Source: Symbiobacterium thermophilum (GTDB taxonomy: Bacteria > Bacillota > Sulfobacillia > UBA995). From it: a stretch of DNA of 63,561 nt. Location of the stretch: NCBI GenBank assembly GCA_020725145.1, contig DYFO01000005.1, positions 1-63,561 on the forward strand. The letters run 5' to 3'. The position numbers and the translations under genes are program-made. The notes under the pieces are model-generated. The model made no database searches, was not told the origin of the DNA, and saw only the letters and a program-made list of their open reading frames with translations. Within the stretch, counting starts at the first letter, position 1. Every line of letters begins with the position of its first letter. Shown one piece after another: positions 26,547-36,141 of the stretch.

Positions 26547-27318
26547 TACGGTGCTCGCGCACGTTGGGCACCTCGATGATGCGAAATCCCCTGGACAGAA
26601 GAGCCTCGGCCACCACGAAAGGCGTCTGCCAGGGGAAGCACACTGCGGTCCGTGAGTCGACGATGTTGAACAGACCGTCCAGGTGACCCGAGCCATAGGG
26701 CACCTGGACGTAGATGACGTCCTCACAACCCATGGCCCGCAGCTCACGCTCGACCTGAGCGCAGCCCTCGCGGTTGCTGCGGTTGCCCAGGCCCAGGAAG
26801 GCGGTCCGCCGGTTCACCCACATGAGGTCCGCTCCTTCGAAGGTTCCGCACCCGTTGACCGTTCGCAGGATGGGGACGCCCAAACGGGCCAGGGTTTCGG
26901 CGACGTACCGCTCCTCTCCCCGTCTCACCGCCAGGGCCGGCCGCGCCACGATGGCTCCCTCGGGGGTCATGGCGCATAGATCGCGGCAGAACATGGCGTT
27001 GGGACGATCGGCCGCCATGCGCTCGACGTAGTGCACGGTGACACCGTGTTCGCGGTAGGTTTCCGCCAGCCGGTCGTGCTGCTCCCGCGCCTTTGCGGGA
27101 TCGGGGAGCTCGCGGAAGCGGACGGCGGCCGCGTCGGCAAGCCCGTCGAGCTCGGGCCCGGGACGGTGAAGTAGCACCGCCCGAAGCCGGCCGTACTCCG
27201 AGTCCACCCCCCAATCGCCCCAGAGCCGCGGCATGTCTTCGGCGAAGGGGGTCGGATCGGCAAACCATCTCTCTCCCACGCTGCGCAGGGGATCTTGCGG
27301 GTACCCGGCACCGTCCAT
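26356..27318 (-). CDS. amidinotransferase / DDAH / arginine deiminase-family enzyme
   Basis: SEYGRLRAVLLHRPG, FCRD, RRGEE, FEGAD, HLD and GSIHCLT catalytic motifs. Confidence 0.88.
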   Translation of the reverse strand: MDGAGYPQDPLRSVGERWFADPTPFAEDMPRLWGDWGVDSEYGRLRAVLLHRPGPELDGLADAAAVRFRELPDPAKAREQHDRLAETYREHGVTVHYVERMAADRPNAMFCRDLCAMTPEGAIVARPALAVRRGEERYVAETLARLGVPILRTVNGCGTFEGADLMWVNRRTAFLGLGNRSNREGCAQVERELRAMGCEDVIYVQVPYGSGHLDGLFNIVDSRTAVCFPWQTPFVVAEALLSRGFRIIEVPNVREHRTTMPVNFVALAPGLVLMAGGSTETARLYREAGIEVIELDVGELLKGWGSIHCLTAVLRRDAVG

Positions 27319-27453
27319 GGCAGGGTCCTCCCGTGTGCAAGGTTACCGGGCGTTTCTCCGCGGGAGGTGGTCACGCCTGCTTGTGAATCCAAGGCCAGAT
27401 CTGCAGGATCCACGCCGGTCGGCCAGCGAAGAACTCCCGCAAGGAGGGAGTTC

Positions 27454-28410
27454 ATGGTCGGGCTCGCCGACATCCGGGAAGCCGCCCGCCGCATCGCGGC
27501 CGAGGTGCATCGTACCCGCCTTGACCATTCCGAGACGTTCAGCCGCCGCACCGGCCTCCAGGTCTACCTCAAGCCCGAGAACCTTCAGAAGACGGGATCT
27601 TTCAAGATCCGCGGGGCCACCAACCACATCCTCCGGCTGGATTCCCGCCGGGCCCGATGTGGCGTGGTCACCGCCTCTTCGGGCAACCACGGCCAGGCGG
27701 TAGCTCGGGCCGCCTCGCGCTCCGGCTATCCTGCCCTGGTGGTGATGCCGGAGAACGCCTCGCCGGTCAAGGTTGCGGCGGCCCGTGGCTACGGGGCGGA
27801 GGTCCTGCTTCACGGCACCACGTCCGCGGAGCGGACCGCTCGCGCGCGAGAACTGGCCGCGGAGCGGGGGCTCACCTTCATCCACGCCTTCGACGACCCC
27901 TGGGTGGTCGCCGGCCAGGGCACGGTCGGCCTTGAGATCCTCGAGGATCTGCCCGACGTGGACGCCGTCTTGGTGCCGGTGGGCGGAGGGGGACTGCTGG
28001 CCGGGGTGGCCACCGCCGTTCGGGAGAGCCGTCCCCGCGTCCGCGTGTTCGGCGTGGAACCTGCGGAGGCCAACAGCCTACAGCGCTCGCTGCAGGCGGG
28101 AGCTATCACCGCGCTTGCCTGCCCCCACAGCATCGCCGACGGTCTTTTGCCCACACAGCCTGGGGAGCTCGGCTTTCATGCCGCCCGCCGCTACCTCGAG
28201 GATGTGCTGCTGGTCGACGACCGCGAGATCGCGGAGGCGGTCGTCGCCTTGCTCGCCCGGGCCAGGATGGTGGTGGAACCCTCCGGGGCGGCCACCGTGG
28301 CCGCGCTGCTGGCCGGTCGGGTACCCATGCGGAGCGGCCGCGTGGTGGCCATCCTCAGCGGCGGTAACGTGGAGCTCACAAAGCTTATACAGCTTGTGAA
28401 GGAAGGATAA
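27454..28410 (+). CDS. threonine/serine dehydratase (PLP, no regulatory domain)
   Basis: ENLQKTGSFKIRGA, SSGNHGQ, PVGGGGL, VVEPSGA and LSGGN motifs. Confidence 0.9.
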   Translation: MVGLADIREAARRIAAEVHRTRLDHSETFSRRTGLQVYLKPENLQKTGSFKIRGATNHILRLDSRRARCGVVTASSGNHGQAVARAASRSGYPALVVMPENASPVKVAAARGYGAEVLLHGTTSAERTARARELAAERGLTFIHAFDDPWVVAGQGTVGLEILEDLPDVDAVLVPVGGGGLLAGVATAVRESRPRVRVFGVEPAEANSLQRSLQAGAITALACPHSIADGLLPTQPGELGFHAARRYLEDVLLVDDREIAEAVVALLARARMVVEPSGAATVAALLAGRVPMRSGRVVAILSGGNVELTKLIQLVKEG

Positions 28411-28650
28411 CCGTGCTCAGCCGCGCCGGGGCCGGCCGGCGGAGAATGTTCAGTGCAAGTCGTGGCCAGCTTGGCAAGACCCTCTTCTTCCCGGTTAGCG
28501 GACCGGCACCTCTGTGGCAGGATTTCCCGTCTCGTGGCAGAACCTGGCTATCACAGCGTCGACGCCCCATCGGGAGTGATGCCCATGAGTTCGTGCTTGC
28601 CGGGCCCGGGCGGACACCCGGCGACTTCGAGCGGCGTGCGGATTCGCCTC

Positions 28651-30060
28651 ATGCTCACCGCGTTCTCGCTCGTCCTTTTGCTCCTGCCGGCCGTCGCGGC
28701 GGGCTCGGGCGGGCCGCCGGACGGTTTCCGCGAGTGGCAGGTCCGGGGGGTGCGCCTTTTGTTCAAGACTCCCGGGGCGGCCACGCAGGGCGCCATCTTC
28801 GCGGTCATGCGTGTTGGCGCCGCCGAGCAGCGCGCCGACGAGACGCACTTGGCCCACGTCGCCGAGCACATGGTATTTCGCAACCCCCTTGGCGACGGCC
28901 GCTCGCTGGGCCAGGTGCTATCAGAGTGGGGTGGGACCTACAACGGCTGGACCGGGCCCTATCACACCCAGTTCGAGATCGTCGTTCCCGACGAGCGGAT
29001 CCCGGAGGCGCTCGGCAAGCTCGTGGAGGCCCTTTTCGTCACCGTGGTGGACGAGCAGGCGTTCGGGAAGGAGATGAGCGATCGCCTCGAGCGCGAGCTC
29101 CGGTACATGACCACTACCCCGCTCGCGGCGTCCTTGAATGCCTTTCGCCAGCAGCTTTTCCGTGGCACACCGTACGAGGAGCGGCTCTTCGAGGTTCCGG
29201 TGACCGCGGTGACCGCAGCCGGCGTAGCCGCTTTCATGGCCCGCGAGTACTCGCCGGAGCGGCTCGTCGTCACCGTGGTGGCCGAGGTCGAGGAGGCGGC
29301 GCTCGTGGAGGCGCTGACCGCGGCGCTGGCCACCGTGCCCTCGGGCAAGTCGCCCACCCAACGCCAGATATCGCTCGCGCCGCCGCCTTTCGAGCGCCTG
29401 AGCTTGCGCGCTCTCGATCGTCCCCTCATTATGGTCGGCCTGGGCTTTGACGGCATCGAAGACGAGGAGGACGCCTGTCTGCTGACGGTGGCCTTTGGCC
29501 TGGTGCTGTCGCGGGTCGTGCCGCCGCCGGGATTCGGGCTTGAGCCGCAGCTGTCCGGCCCCATCCCGCTCGAGGGCGCGCGTTACCTGGCGGCCACCTT
29601 TGTGGCGGACCGTCGGCCGGCGGCCGCGGACCCGGAGCGAGCGGCCAGGGAGGCGCTGCGGGCGGTTCGGGATGCGGCGGAGAGCTTGGCGGCCACGGGT
29701 CCGCACGAGGGCGAGCTGATGCCGCTTTTGCAGGCGCGTGAGCACCGACCCGCCTTGCCGTCGGGGGTGCCGCCCAGCCTGGTCGAGGCCTTACTGGCGG
29801 GCATGACGCAGCTGCCGGGGCAATATTTCCTTCCCCCGGACTTTCTCGCGGGCCTCGAGCTTCCCGAGATGTCTACGCGCATAGCCGAGACCCTGCGGAG
29901 CTACCTGCCCGAGGCGAAGCCTACGGTGCTGGTGGTCACGGGCACCGGCGGTTCGCTTGCCGTCCCCTTTGTGGCGGCGGGGGTTCTGACGCTGGGAGCA
30001 GTGCTCCTCGGGCTCTGGTCGGGCCGGGGCAAACGCGCTCGTCGGACGGAGATGAGGTGA
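28651..30060 (+). CDS. secreted or membrane-anchored M16 (insulinase-like) peptidase
   Basis: Signal-like N-terminus, AHVAEHMVF (HxxEH), NGWT, C-terminal hydrophobic helix plus basic tail; start uncertain. Confidence 0.7.
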   Translation: MLTAFSLVLLLLPAVAAGSGGPPDGFREWQVRGVRLLFKTPGAATQGAIFAVMRVGAAEQRADETHLAHVAEHMVFRNPLGDGRSLGQVLSEWGGTYNGWTGPYHTQFEIVVPDERIPEALGKLVEALFVTVVDEQAFGKEMSDRLERELRYMTTTPLAASLNAFRQQLFRGTPYEERLFEVPVTAVTAAGVAAFMAREYSPERLVVTVVAEVEEAALVEALTAALATVPSGKSPTQRQISLAPPPFERLSLRALDRPLIMVGLGFDGIEDEEDACLLTVAFGLVLSRVVPPPGFGLEPQLSGPIPLEGARYLAATFVADRRPAAADPERAAREALRAVRDAAESLAATGPHEGELMPLLQAREHRPALPSGVPPSLVEALLAGMTQLPGQYFLPPDFLAGLELPEMSTRIAETLRSYLPEAKPTVLVVTGTGGSLAVPFVAAGVLTLGAVLLGLWSGRGKRARRTEMR

Positions 30061-30266
30061 TGTCGGCCGCGAGAGGGCGGAAGCTGCGCGTGGTGGGCCT
30101 GGTAGGAAGCCCGCGACGGCGGGGGAACACCCGGTACCTGGTGAGCAGGGCGCTGGAGGGTGCGGCGGAGGTGGGTGATCCTGGGCTCCCCCATCTACTT
30201 CGAGACCGTCACCGCCCAGGTCAAGCTGGCGGTCAACTCGCGCGGGCCGCGCGTGAGCCGAAGTAG
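30057..30266 (+). pseudogene. internally deleted flavodoxin / iron-sulfur flavoprotein gene
   Basis: GLVGSPRRRGNT joined out of frame to VILGSPIYFETVTAQVK. Confidence 0.7.
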
Positions 30267-30327
30267 ACGGCGGCTCGGCGTGGCAGACTAGCCCCGGTAG
30301 ACATCCTGGCCGGGGAGGCGGAGGAAC

Positions 30328-30573
30328 GTGACCCAGGTACGCTGCACGGTGGACAACTGCCACTACTGGGCCGAGGGCGGAGGCTGCCGCGCGTCGTCCA
30401 TCCTCATCACCAGCGACGCCGCGGGGGCAACCCAGCCGCACGGCATCGACGCCCCGGTGGCGGGCACGCTGGAGCCAACTCCCACTCAGACCTGCATGGA
30501 GACCTGCTGCAAGACGTTCCATCGCAGGGGGGCGTCCAAGCGGCATGCCGACGACGTGAGCATGGAGGGCTAG
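30328..30573 (+). CDS. DUF1540 Cys-rich small protein
   Basis: VRCTVDNCHYW...C...ETCCKTF pattern; GGAGG SD. Confidence 0.8.
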   Translation: MTQVRCTVDNCHYWAEGGGCRASSILITSDAAGATQPHGIDAPVAGTLEPTPTQTCMETCCKTFHRRGASKRHADDVSMEG

Positions 30574-32321
30574 GAGGGGTCGTCGGCGCGCTCGCGCAGG
30601 GCGCCCACCACCTCTTCCGAAGGGGTCACGTAGAGTGTGCGATGACCCTGGTAGATGACCTTGCCCGGTGGGAGCCCCGACGGTTTGCGGACGTGACGGC
30701 GCTCGACGTAGTCCACGGGGACCTGACCGGAGCGCCGCGCACGGCTGTGGTAGGCGGCGATCTGGGCGGCCTCACGCAGACTGGCAGGCGGGATCGGCTG
30801 CCCGGCCGTCTTGAGGATGACGTGCGAGCCCGGTATCTTCTGCGCGTGCAGCCAAAGATCCGCCGGTGAGGAGTGAAGGATCAGGAGCTCCTCGTTCTCC
30901 CGATCGTTGCGGCCCGCCAACACGAGCAGGCCGTCGCTGGTGCGGTAGCGTGCGAAAGGCCGGCGGGGAGGGCGGGACCGGACACCCGGCGAAGGGGTTT
31001 CCACGCGGTAGCCGCGTTCCCTCAGTTCCCGGGCGAGCGCGGCGGGCTCGGCTCCGGCCTCGAGGGCCTGGAGCCTTGAACCGAGATAGGCGCGTTCCTC
31101 TTGCACTTCCGCAAGTCGCCGGCTTAACGCCCGTACCGTCCGGCGGGCGCGGCTGTAGCGTTCGAAGTAGCGGCGGGCGTTCTCCGCCGGGGTGAGCCGC
31201 AAGTCCAGGGGCACGGTTACCAGGGGATGCTCGGGGTCAAGGTGGTCGGGGAGGGTAACCTCCGAGAGCTTCTCGGGCAGGCGATAGAGGTTGGCGGTCA
31301 AAAGCTCTCCCCACCGGCGCAAGCCCTCCTCGCTACGGGCGGCCTCGAGCTCCCGCCCCATCTCGCCTGCCAGGTCGTCCAGGCGGGACAGCCGGCGCCG
31401 GATCGCCGTGGCGACCACCTCCCGGGCTTGCTGGGCGGCCTCACGGCGGGCAAGGTGACCGTACACGTGGTCGAGGAGTTCCCCGGTGGTCGCGAAACGG
31501 CGCCGGATGCCCGGTCCTGCAAGCGGGAACACCCAGTACTCGAGGGGTTGGCCGTCGGGGCCTTCGAGGAGGTTGGGGCGAAAGTTGCCGGCCCTGAGGT
31601 CTCGGTCCAGCCGATGCAGCGCGGCCACCACGGCGGCGGCCCGGGCGCGATCGAGCTCCGGCGCCGGCTGCTCGGGGTCAAGGCCGCAGTGGAGCAGCAC
31701 CTGTCTTGCCAGCGTGGGTCCGGCTCCCCGCACCGCGCCGAGCAGCACCTGCCAGAGCGTCAGGTCCGCACGTACCGCCTCGAGCAGATGAGACGGCTCG
31801 AGTTCCGCGGGAGGCCGGCCGCGGGCAGCGGGGGGAGGAAGGTAGGGGAGCCCGGGCAGGATCTGGCGGTGACGGCTCTGCGTGGCACCTACCCGCTTGA
31901 TGGCGTCGAGGATCCTTCCCTCCGTTCCCACGAGGATGATGTTGCTGTGACGCCCCATCACCTCCGTCACCAGGAGGTTCGCGGCGGGCCGGCCGAGGTC
32001 GTCGCGGGCGGCGAACCGAAGCCCGAGTACCCGCTCCCCTGTCTCCTGTTCCACCTCGAGCAATCGACGGCCTTCGAGATGACGTCGTAGCAACATGCAG
32101 AAGGGAGGCGGGGCGGGCGGGCGCTGGGGCATGATCGCCGTGAGGTGGGCGCGGGCGTGATCCGGCGACGCCGACAGAAGCAGCCGGCCACGGGCGCCGC
32201 GGCTGGACAGAAGGAGCACCACTTCAAGGCGGGCGGTCTGGTAGATCCGCTCCACCCTGCCACCGCGGAACGCCTCAAGCTCCCGGACGACGGCTGCCAT
32301 GGTGGCCGCGTCGTACCCCAC
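30570..32321 (-). CDS. rqcH: ribosome quality control protein RqcH (NFACT/FbpA)
   Basis: FCMLLRRHLEG, EVMGRHSNIIL, GRNDRENE, WLHAQKIPGSHV and VPVDYV motifs. Confidence 0.92.
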   Translation of the reverse strand: MGYDAATMAAVVRELEAFRGGRVERIYQTARLEVVLLLSSRGARGRLLLSASPDHARAHLTAIMPQRPPAPPPFCMLLRRHLEGRRLLEVEQETGERVLGLRFAARDDLGRPAANLLVTEVMGRHSNIILVGTEGRILDAIKRVGATQSRHRQILPGLPYLPPPAARGRPPAELEPSHLLEAVRADLTLWQVLLGAVRGAGPTLARQVLLHCGLDPEQPAPELDRARAAAVVAALHRLDRDLRAGNFRPNLLEGPDGQPLEYWVFPLAGPGIRRRFATTGELLDHVYGHLARREAAQQAREVVATAIRRRLSRLDDLAGEMGRELEAARSEEGLRRWGELLTANLYRLPEKLSEVTLPDHLDPEHPLVTVPLDLRLTPAENARRYFERYSRARRTVRALSRRLAEVQEERAYLGSRLQALEAGAEPAALARELRERGYRVETPSPGVRSRPPRRPFARYRTSDGLLVLAGRNDRENEELLILHSSPADLWLHAQKIPGSHVILKTAGQPIPPASLREAAQIAAYHSRARRSGQVPVDYVERRHVRKPSGLPPGKVIYQGHRTLYVTPSEEVVGALRERADDPS

Positions 32322-32356
32322 GCCGCTTCCCCATCCTTTCCGCGTCACGCGGACCC

Positions 32357-32365
32357 TGCTATAAT
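32357..32365 (+). promoter_or_regulatory. extended -10 promoter, probably giving a leaderless mRNA
   Basis: TGCTATAAT with 6 nt between it and the GTG start at 32372; no SD. Confidence 0.55.
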
Positions 32366-32371
32366 CTACAC

Positions 32372-33025
32372 GTGAACGTCGTGCTGAAGATCGGCCGGCT
32401 GCGGGACCGTCTGGTACGGCAGCGAGCCTTCCTCGGGCTCCTGCTCGGCGTCAACCTGGTGGGCGCCGCCTACGGCTTTGCCTGGTACGCGAGCCAGCTG
32501 CGGACTACCGCCGTGTGGCTTTGGCCCTTTACCGCCGACAGCCCCATGAGCCTATTCTTCTTTGCCCTGGCGCTGGTCTCCTGGCTGTGGGGAAGGCGTT
32601 GGCCGGTGATGGAAGCACTGGGATACCTGGGGCTGCTCAAGTACGGCTTCTGGACCATGCTGGTGGTCGGTGCCTGGTGGCTCCGCGGCGAGCCCTTCCT
32701 GTGGATCGACCTTTTCCTCTTCATCTCCCACGGTCTGATGGCGCTGCAGGCGCTGGTGCTGGTAGGCAGTCTGCCCGTGCGTGCGCCGGCGCTGGGGGCG
32801 GCCTTCCTCTGGTACCTGCTCAACGATTACCTCGATTACCTGCACCCGGGAACACCCACGATGGAGCTTCTGCCCGAGGGCTGGCTCATTCGGGCCATCA
32901 GCCTGGCGTCCACCCCGGTTTTCGCGATGGTGCTCGGGGTGCTGGGGGACAGGGCGGACCGCGGTCGAGTCAAACTGCCATCTACCGGCGCATTTGACGC
33001 CAACCCGCCTGATCTGGTATCATGA
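32372..33025 (+). CDS. DUF1405 (YpjA-like) membrane protein
   Basis: YGFAWYASQL, PFTADSP, KYGFWT, SHGLM and NDYLDY motifs. Confidence 0.8.
   Translation: MNVVLKIGRLRDRLVRQRAFLGLLLGVNLVGAAYGFAWYASQLRTTAVWLWPFTADSPMSLFFFALALVSWLWGRRWPVMEALGYLGLLKYGFWTMLVVGAWWLRGEPFLWIDLFLFISHGLMALQALVLVGSLPVRAPALGAAFLWYLLNDYLDYLHPGTPTMELLPEGWLIRAISLASTPVFAMVLGVLGDRADRGRVKLPSTGAFDANPPDLVS
32994..33023 (+). promoter_or_regulatory. sigma-A promoter for the riboswitch-led operon
   Basis: TTGACG, 18 nt, TATCAT with TG extension. Confidence 0.55.
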
Positions 33026-33068
33026 TCTCGACAAGCGAATAGGGTTAAGCGATCGTGTCTGACCCGGT

Positions 33069-33196
33069 CCCCTGAACGCTGAGTCTCGTAGTAGAGCGGG
33101 GGAACCAGTAGTGGGGCGAGTCCCGGGCAGCCGCCCGGGTAGGGTCACCTCTCGACCCGAGCCCGTCAGCTAACCTCGTAAGCGTGGAAGAGGGGC
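33069..33196 (+). ncRNA. cyclic di-AMP (ydaO/yuaA) riboswitch
   Basis: GCTGAGTC...GGGGGAACC...TGGGGCGAGTC...GTAGGG...CCGAGCCCGTCAGCTAACCTCGTAAGCGT match the ydaO consensus blocks. Confidence 0.92.
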
Positions 33197-33244
33197 GGAT
33201 CGGAGCAGAAAGAGTTGGCTCAAGTTACGTTTTCGCCATTCTTT

Positions 33245-33277
33245 CCGGCCCGAGGCCTCCTCGGGCCGGGTTTTTTT
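33245..33277 (+). terminator. riboswitch expression-platform terminator
   Basis: CCGGCCCGAGG-cct-CCTCGGGCCGG, then G and T7. Confidence 0.9.
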
Positions 33278-33298
33278 GCAGGAAAGGCGGTGTGGCGG

Positions 33299-34495
33299 AT
33301 GACCGTCCTGTACATGTCCCGGCACCTGACCAGGTTCCGCCGGGAGCTACGTTTCGCCGTGCTGGGTGCCGGCCACGGCGGGCAGGCCCTGGCGGGCTAT
33401 CTCGCCCGGCGTGGGTTCCCGGTGCGCCTTTACAACCGAACGCCCGACAAGCTCGCGGCCATACGTGAGCGCGGCGGTATCGCGCTCGAAGGGCAGTTTG
33501 AGGGCTTTGGCCGGCTGGATGCCGCCACCTCCGACCTGGCGGAGGCTCTGGATGGTGCGCGTGTGGTGATGGTGGTCATCCCCGCCTCGGGACACCGCTC
33601 TCTGGCACGGGCGCTGGCCCCCCACCTTGCCCCCGGTCAGGTGGTGGTGCTCAATCCCGGCAGAACGGGAGGAGCGCTCGAGGTCTATCGTATCTTCCGG
33701 GACGCCGGGGTCGATGCCGGCGTGACGGTGGCCGAGGCGCAGACCTTCATCTTCGCCAGTCGCGCGCTTGGCGAGGGTCGTGTGCGCATTTTCCAGTGCA
33801 AGCGCAGGGTTCCGGTGGCCGCCATCCCCGCGGCGCGCACCCGCGTGGTAGTGCGGCTGATGCGGCGTGCGCTACCGGAGTTCGTGCCCGCGGCTCACGT
33901 CCTGGAGACGAGTCTTGACAACATCGGGGCGATCTTCCACCCCGGCCCCACCCTGCTCAACGCGGCCCGCATCGAGAGCGGTCGGCCCTTCGATTACTAC
34001 CACGAGGGCATCACCCCCGCGGTCGCGAGGCTCCTGGAGGCAATGGACGCCGAGCGCATGGCGGTCGCACAGGCCCTCGGGGTGCGGGCCATTTCCGCCC
34101 GGGAGTGGCTGGGCGTGGCCTACGGGGCCGAGGGTGCCGACCTGCACGCGGCCATCTCTACCTGCTCGGCCTATGCCGGCCTGAGGTCTCCCCCTGACCT
34201 CGACAGCCGATACCTGCACGAGGACGTGCCGGCCAGCCTGGTTCCCATAGCCGCCCTGGGCAGACTCACGGGAGTGACCACCACGGCCATCAACGCCGTC
34301 GTGGATCTCGCCTGCCTGGTGACCGGCGTCGACTTCCGTGCAAACGGCAGAACGCTGGAGCGGATGGGTCTTGAGGGGATGAGCGTCAGGGAGCTGTGGC
34401 AGTACGTACTGGGGGGAGACGAGGCGCTTGCCCGACGCGAAGTGGCGTTCGGCAGACTCGCCGAACCGGCTCATTCTGGGGGCGGCTCTGGGTGA
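33299..34495 (+). CDS. NAD/NADP-dependent opine (octopine/nopaline) dehydrogenase family protein
   Basis: VLGAGHGG Rossmann motif, LNPGRTGGA, NIGAIFHP, YYHEGITP, DAERMAVA and RYLHEDVP. Confidence 0.9.
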   Translation: MTVLYMSRHLTRFRRELRFAVLGAGHGGQALAGYLARRGFPVRLYNRTPDKLAAIRERGGIALEGQFEGFGRLDAATSDLAEALDGARVVMVVIPASGHRSLARALAPHLAPGQVVVLNPGRTGGALEVYRIFRDAGVDAGVTVAEAQTFIFASRALGEGRVRIFQCKRRVPVAAIPAARTRVVVRLMRRALPEFVPAAHVLETSLDNIGAIFHPGPTLLNAARIESGRPFDYYHEGITPAVARLLEAMDAERMAVAQALGVRAISAREWLGVAYGAEGADLHAAISTCSAYAGLRSPPDLDSRYLHEDVPASLVPIAALGRLTGVTTTAINAVVDLACLVTGVDFRANGRTLERMGLEGMSVRELWQYVLGGDEALARREVAFGRLAEPAHSGGGSG

Positions 34496-36098
34496 TTGCG
34501 TTCACGTTGCAGGGCTGCTCGGTTTTCTGAGGGTGGCAGAAGGCGAGGGCTGGCGGACGCGGTTTCTCGGTCCGGCGGTGCCCGTATCGCGGCTGGTTGA
34601 CGCCATAGCCCGGGAGCGTCCCGACCTGGTGGCCGTGAGCTACCGCTTGACCGACGCGGCGGCCGCCCGCCTGTTCGGCGAGCTAGACCGGGAACTGGAG
34701 CAAAGGAACCTGAAGGGCGCGCGCATGGTCTTTGGCGGCACCGCTCCCGTCTGCCGCCGGGCGGAGGCCAGCGGCCTGTTCGAAGCCTGCTTCGGGCCGG
34801 CCGCCGGGCTCGACGCGGTGCTGGCCTATCTCAGGGGCGTGGGGCCGGAGTCAAGACCGGAGATTTATCCCGAGACGCTGCTCGGGCGACTCGAGGTTGC
34901 GCGACCCTTCCCGCTCATCCGCCACCACTTCGGCCAGCCCACGCTGGAGGCAACCGTCGCCGGCATCGAGCAACTGGCACAGGCTCGGGTGCTGGACATC
35001 ATCTCTTTGGGGCCCGACCAGAACGCCCAGCGCTGCTTCTTCCGCCCCGAAGAGATGGACCCCGCTCAGGACGGCGCCGGGGGGGTGCCGGTGCGCCGAC
35101 CTGAGGATTTCGTCCGCCTGTATGAGGCTTCGCGCCGGGGGAACTTCCCGCTGATGCGCTGCTACAGCGGGACACGGGATATCCTGAAGCTGGCGGAGGT
35201 GTTGCTCGGCACCATCCGCAACGCCTGGGCGGCGGTGCCTCTTTGCTGGTACAACGAGCTGGACGGTCGGAGCGACCGGCCGCTCCGGGAAGCCATCGCC
35301 GAGAACCTCTCGGTGGTGAGGTGGCACGCCGCGCGTGGCGTTCCGGTGGAGATCAACGAGGCCCATCACTGGAGCCTGCGGGAAGCCCACGACACCATCG
35401 CGGTAGTCATGGCGTACCTGGCCGCGTACAACGCGAAGGCGGCCGGAGTGCGCCACTACGTGGCGCAGTACATGTTCAACACCCCTGCGGGCACCGCTTT
35501 CACCATGGACTTGGGCAAGATGCTGGCCAAGGTGGAGATGATCGAGCGACTGCACGACGGGCGGTTTAGCACGCTGCGTCAGGTAAGGACCGGTCTTGCC
35601 AGCATGCCCGCCGATTACGCACGCGCCAAGGGGCAACTTGGCTCCTCCACCATGCTGCAGATGGCGCTTGCGCCCCACATCGTCCACGTGGTGGGTTTCA
35701 GCGAGGCCGACCACGCCGCCACCCCGGACGACATCGTGCAGAGCGCTGGACTGGTGCGGCAGGTCATCGGCAACTGCCTGGCCGGCAGCCCCGACATGAA
35801 ACGCGATCCCGCGGTGCTGGCGCGCCGCGACGAGCTTCTGGAGGAGGCCGGCGTGCTGCTGGAGGCGATCCGCGAACTGGCGCCGACCGGCACGCCCGAC
35901 CCCTTCACCGACCCGTCCACCCTGGACCGGGCCATATGCACCGGTCTACTGGACGCGCCCCACCTGCGGGGACATCACGTGGCCCGGGGGACGCTCAAGA
36001 CCCGCATCATCGACGGCGCGTGCCGGGCGGTCGACCCTGCCACGGGCCGGCCCATCTCGGAGCGGGAACGGGTGCGGCGGGTGCTGGCGCAGGCCTGA
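34428..36098 (+). CDS. cobalamin-binding domain fused to an uncharacterised catalytic domain (mutase-like)
   Basis: LGDCVHVAG (His-on-type motif), VAVSY and VFGGT B12-domain motifs, then ~400 further residues. Confidence 0.75.
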   Translation: MPDAKWRSADSPNRLILGAALGDCVHVAGLLGFLRVAEGEGWRTRFLGPAVPVSRLVDAIARERPDLVAVSYRLTDAAAARLFGELDRELEQRNLKGARMVFGGTAPVCRRAEASGLFEACFGPAAGLDAVLAYLRGVGPESRPEIYPETLLGRLEVARPFPLIRHHFGQPTLEATVAGIEQLAQARVLDIISLGPDQNAQRCFFRPEEMDPAQDGAGGVPVRRPEDFVRLYEASRRGNFPLMRCYSGTRDILKLAEVLLGTIRNAWAAVPLCWYNELDGRSDRPLREAIAENLSVVRWHAARGVPVEINEAHHWSLREAHDTIAVVMAYLAAYNAKAAGVRHYVAQYMFNTPAGTAFTMDLGKMLAKVEMIERLHDGRFSTLRQVRTGLASMPADYARAKGQLGSSTMLQMALAPHIVHVVGFSEADHAATPDDIVQSAGLVRQVIGNCLAGSPDMKRDPAVLARRDELLEEAGVLLEAIRELAPTGTPDPFTDPSTLDRAICTGLLDAPHLRGHHVARGTLKTRIIDGACRAVDPATGRPISERERVRRVLAQA

Positions 36099-36141
36099 GG
36101 CTTGGAGCAGGGAACCGGCAGGGAAAGGTCAAAGTAACAGA

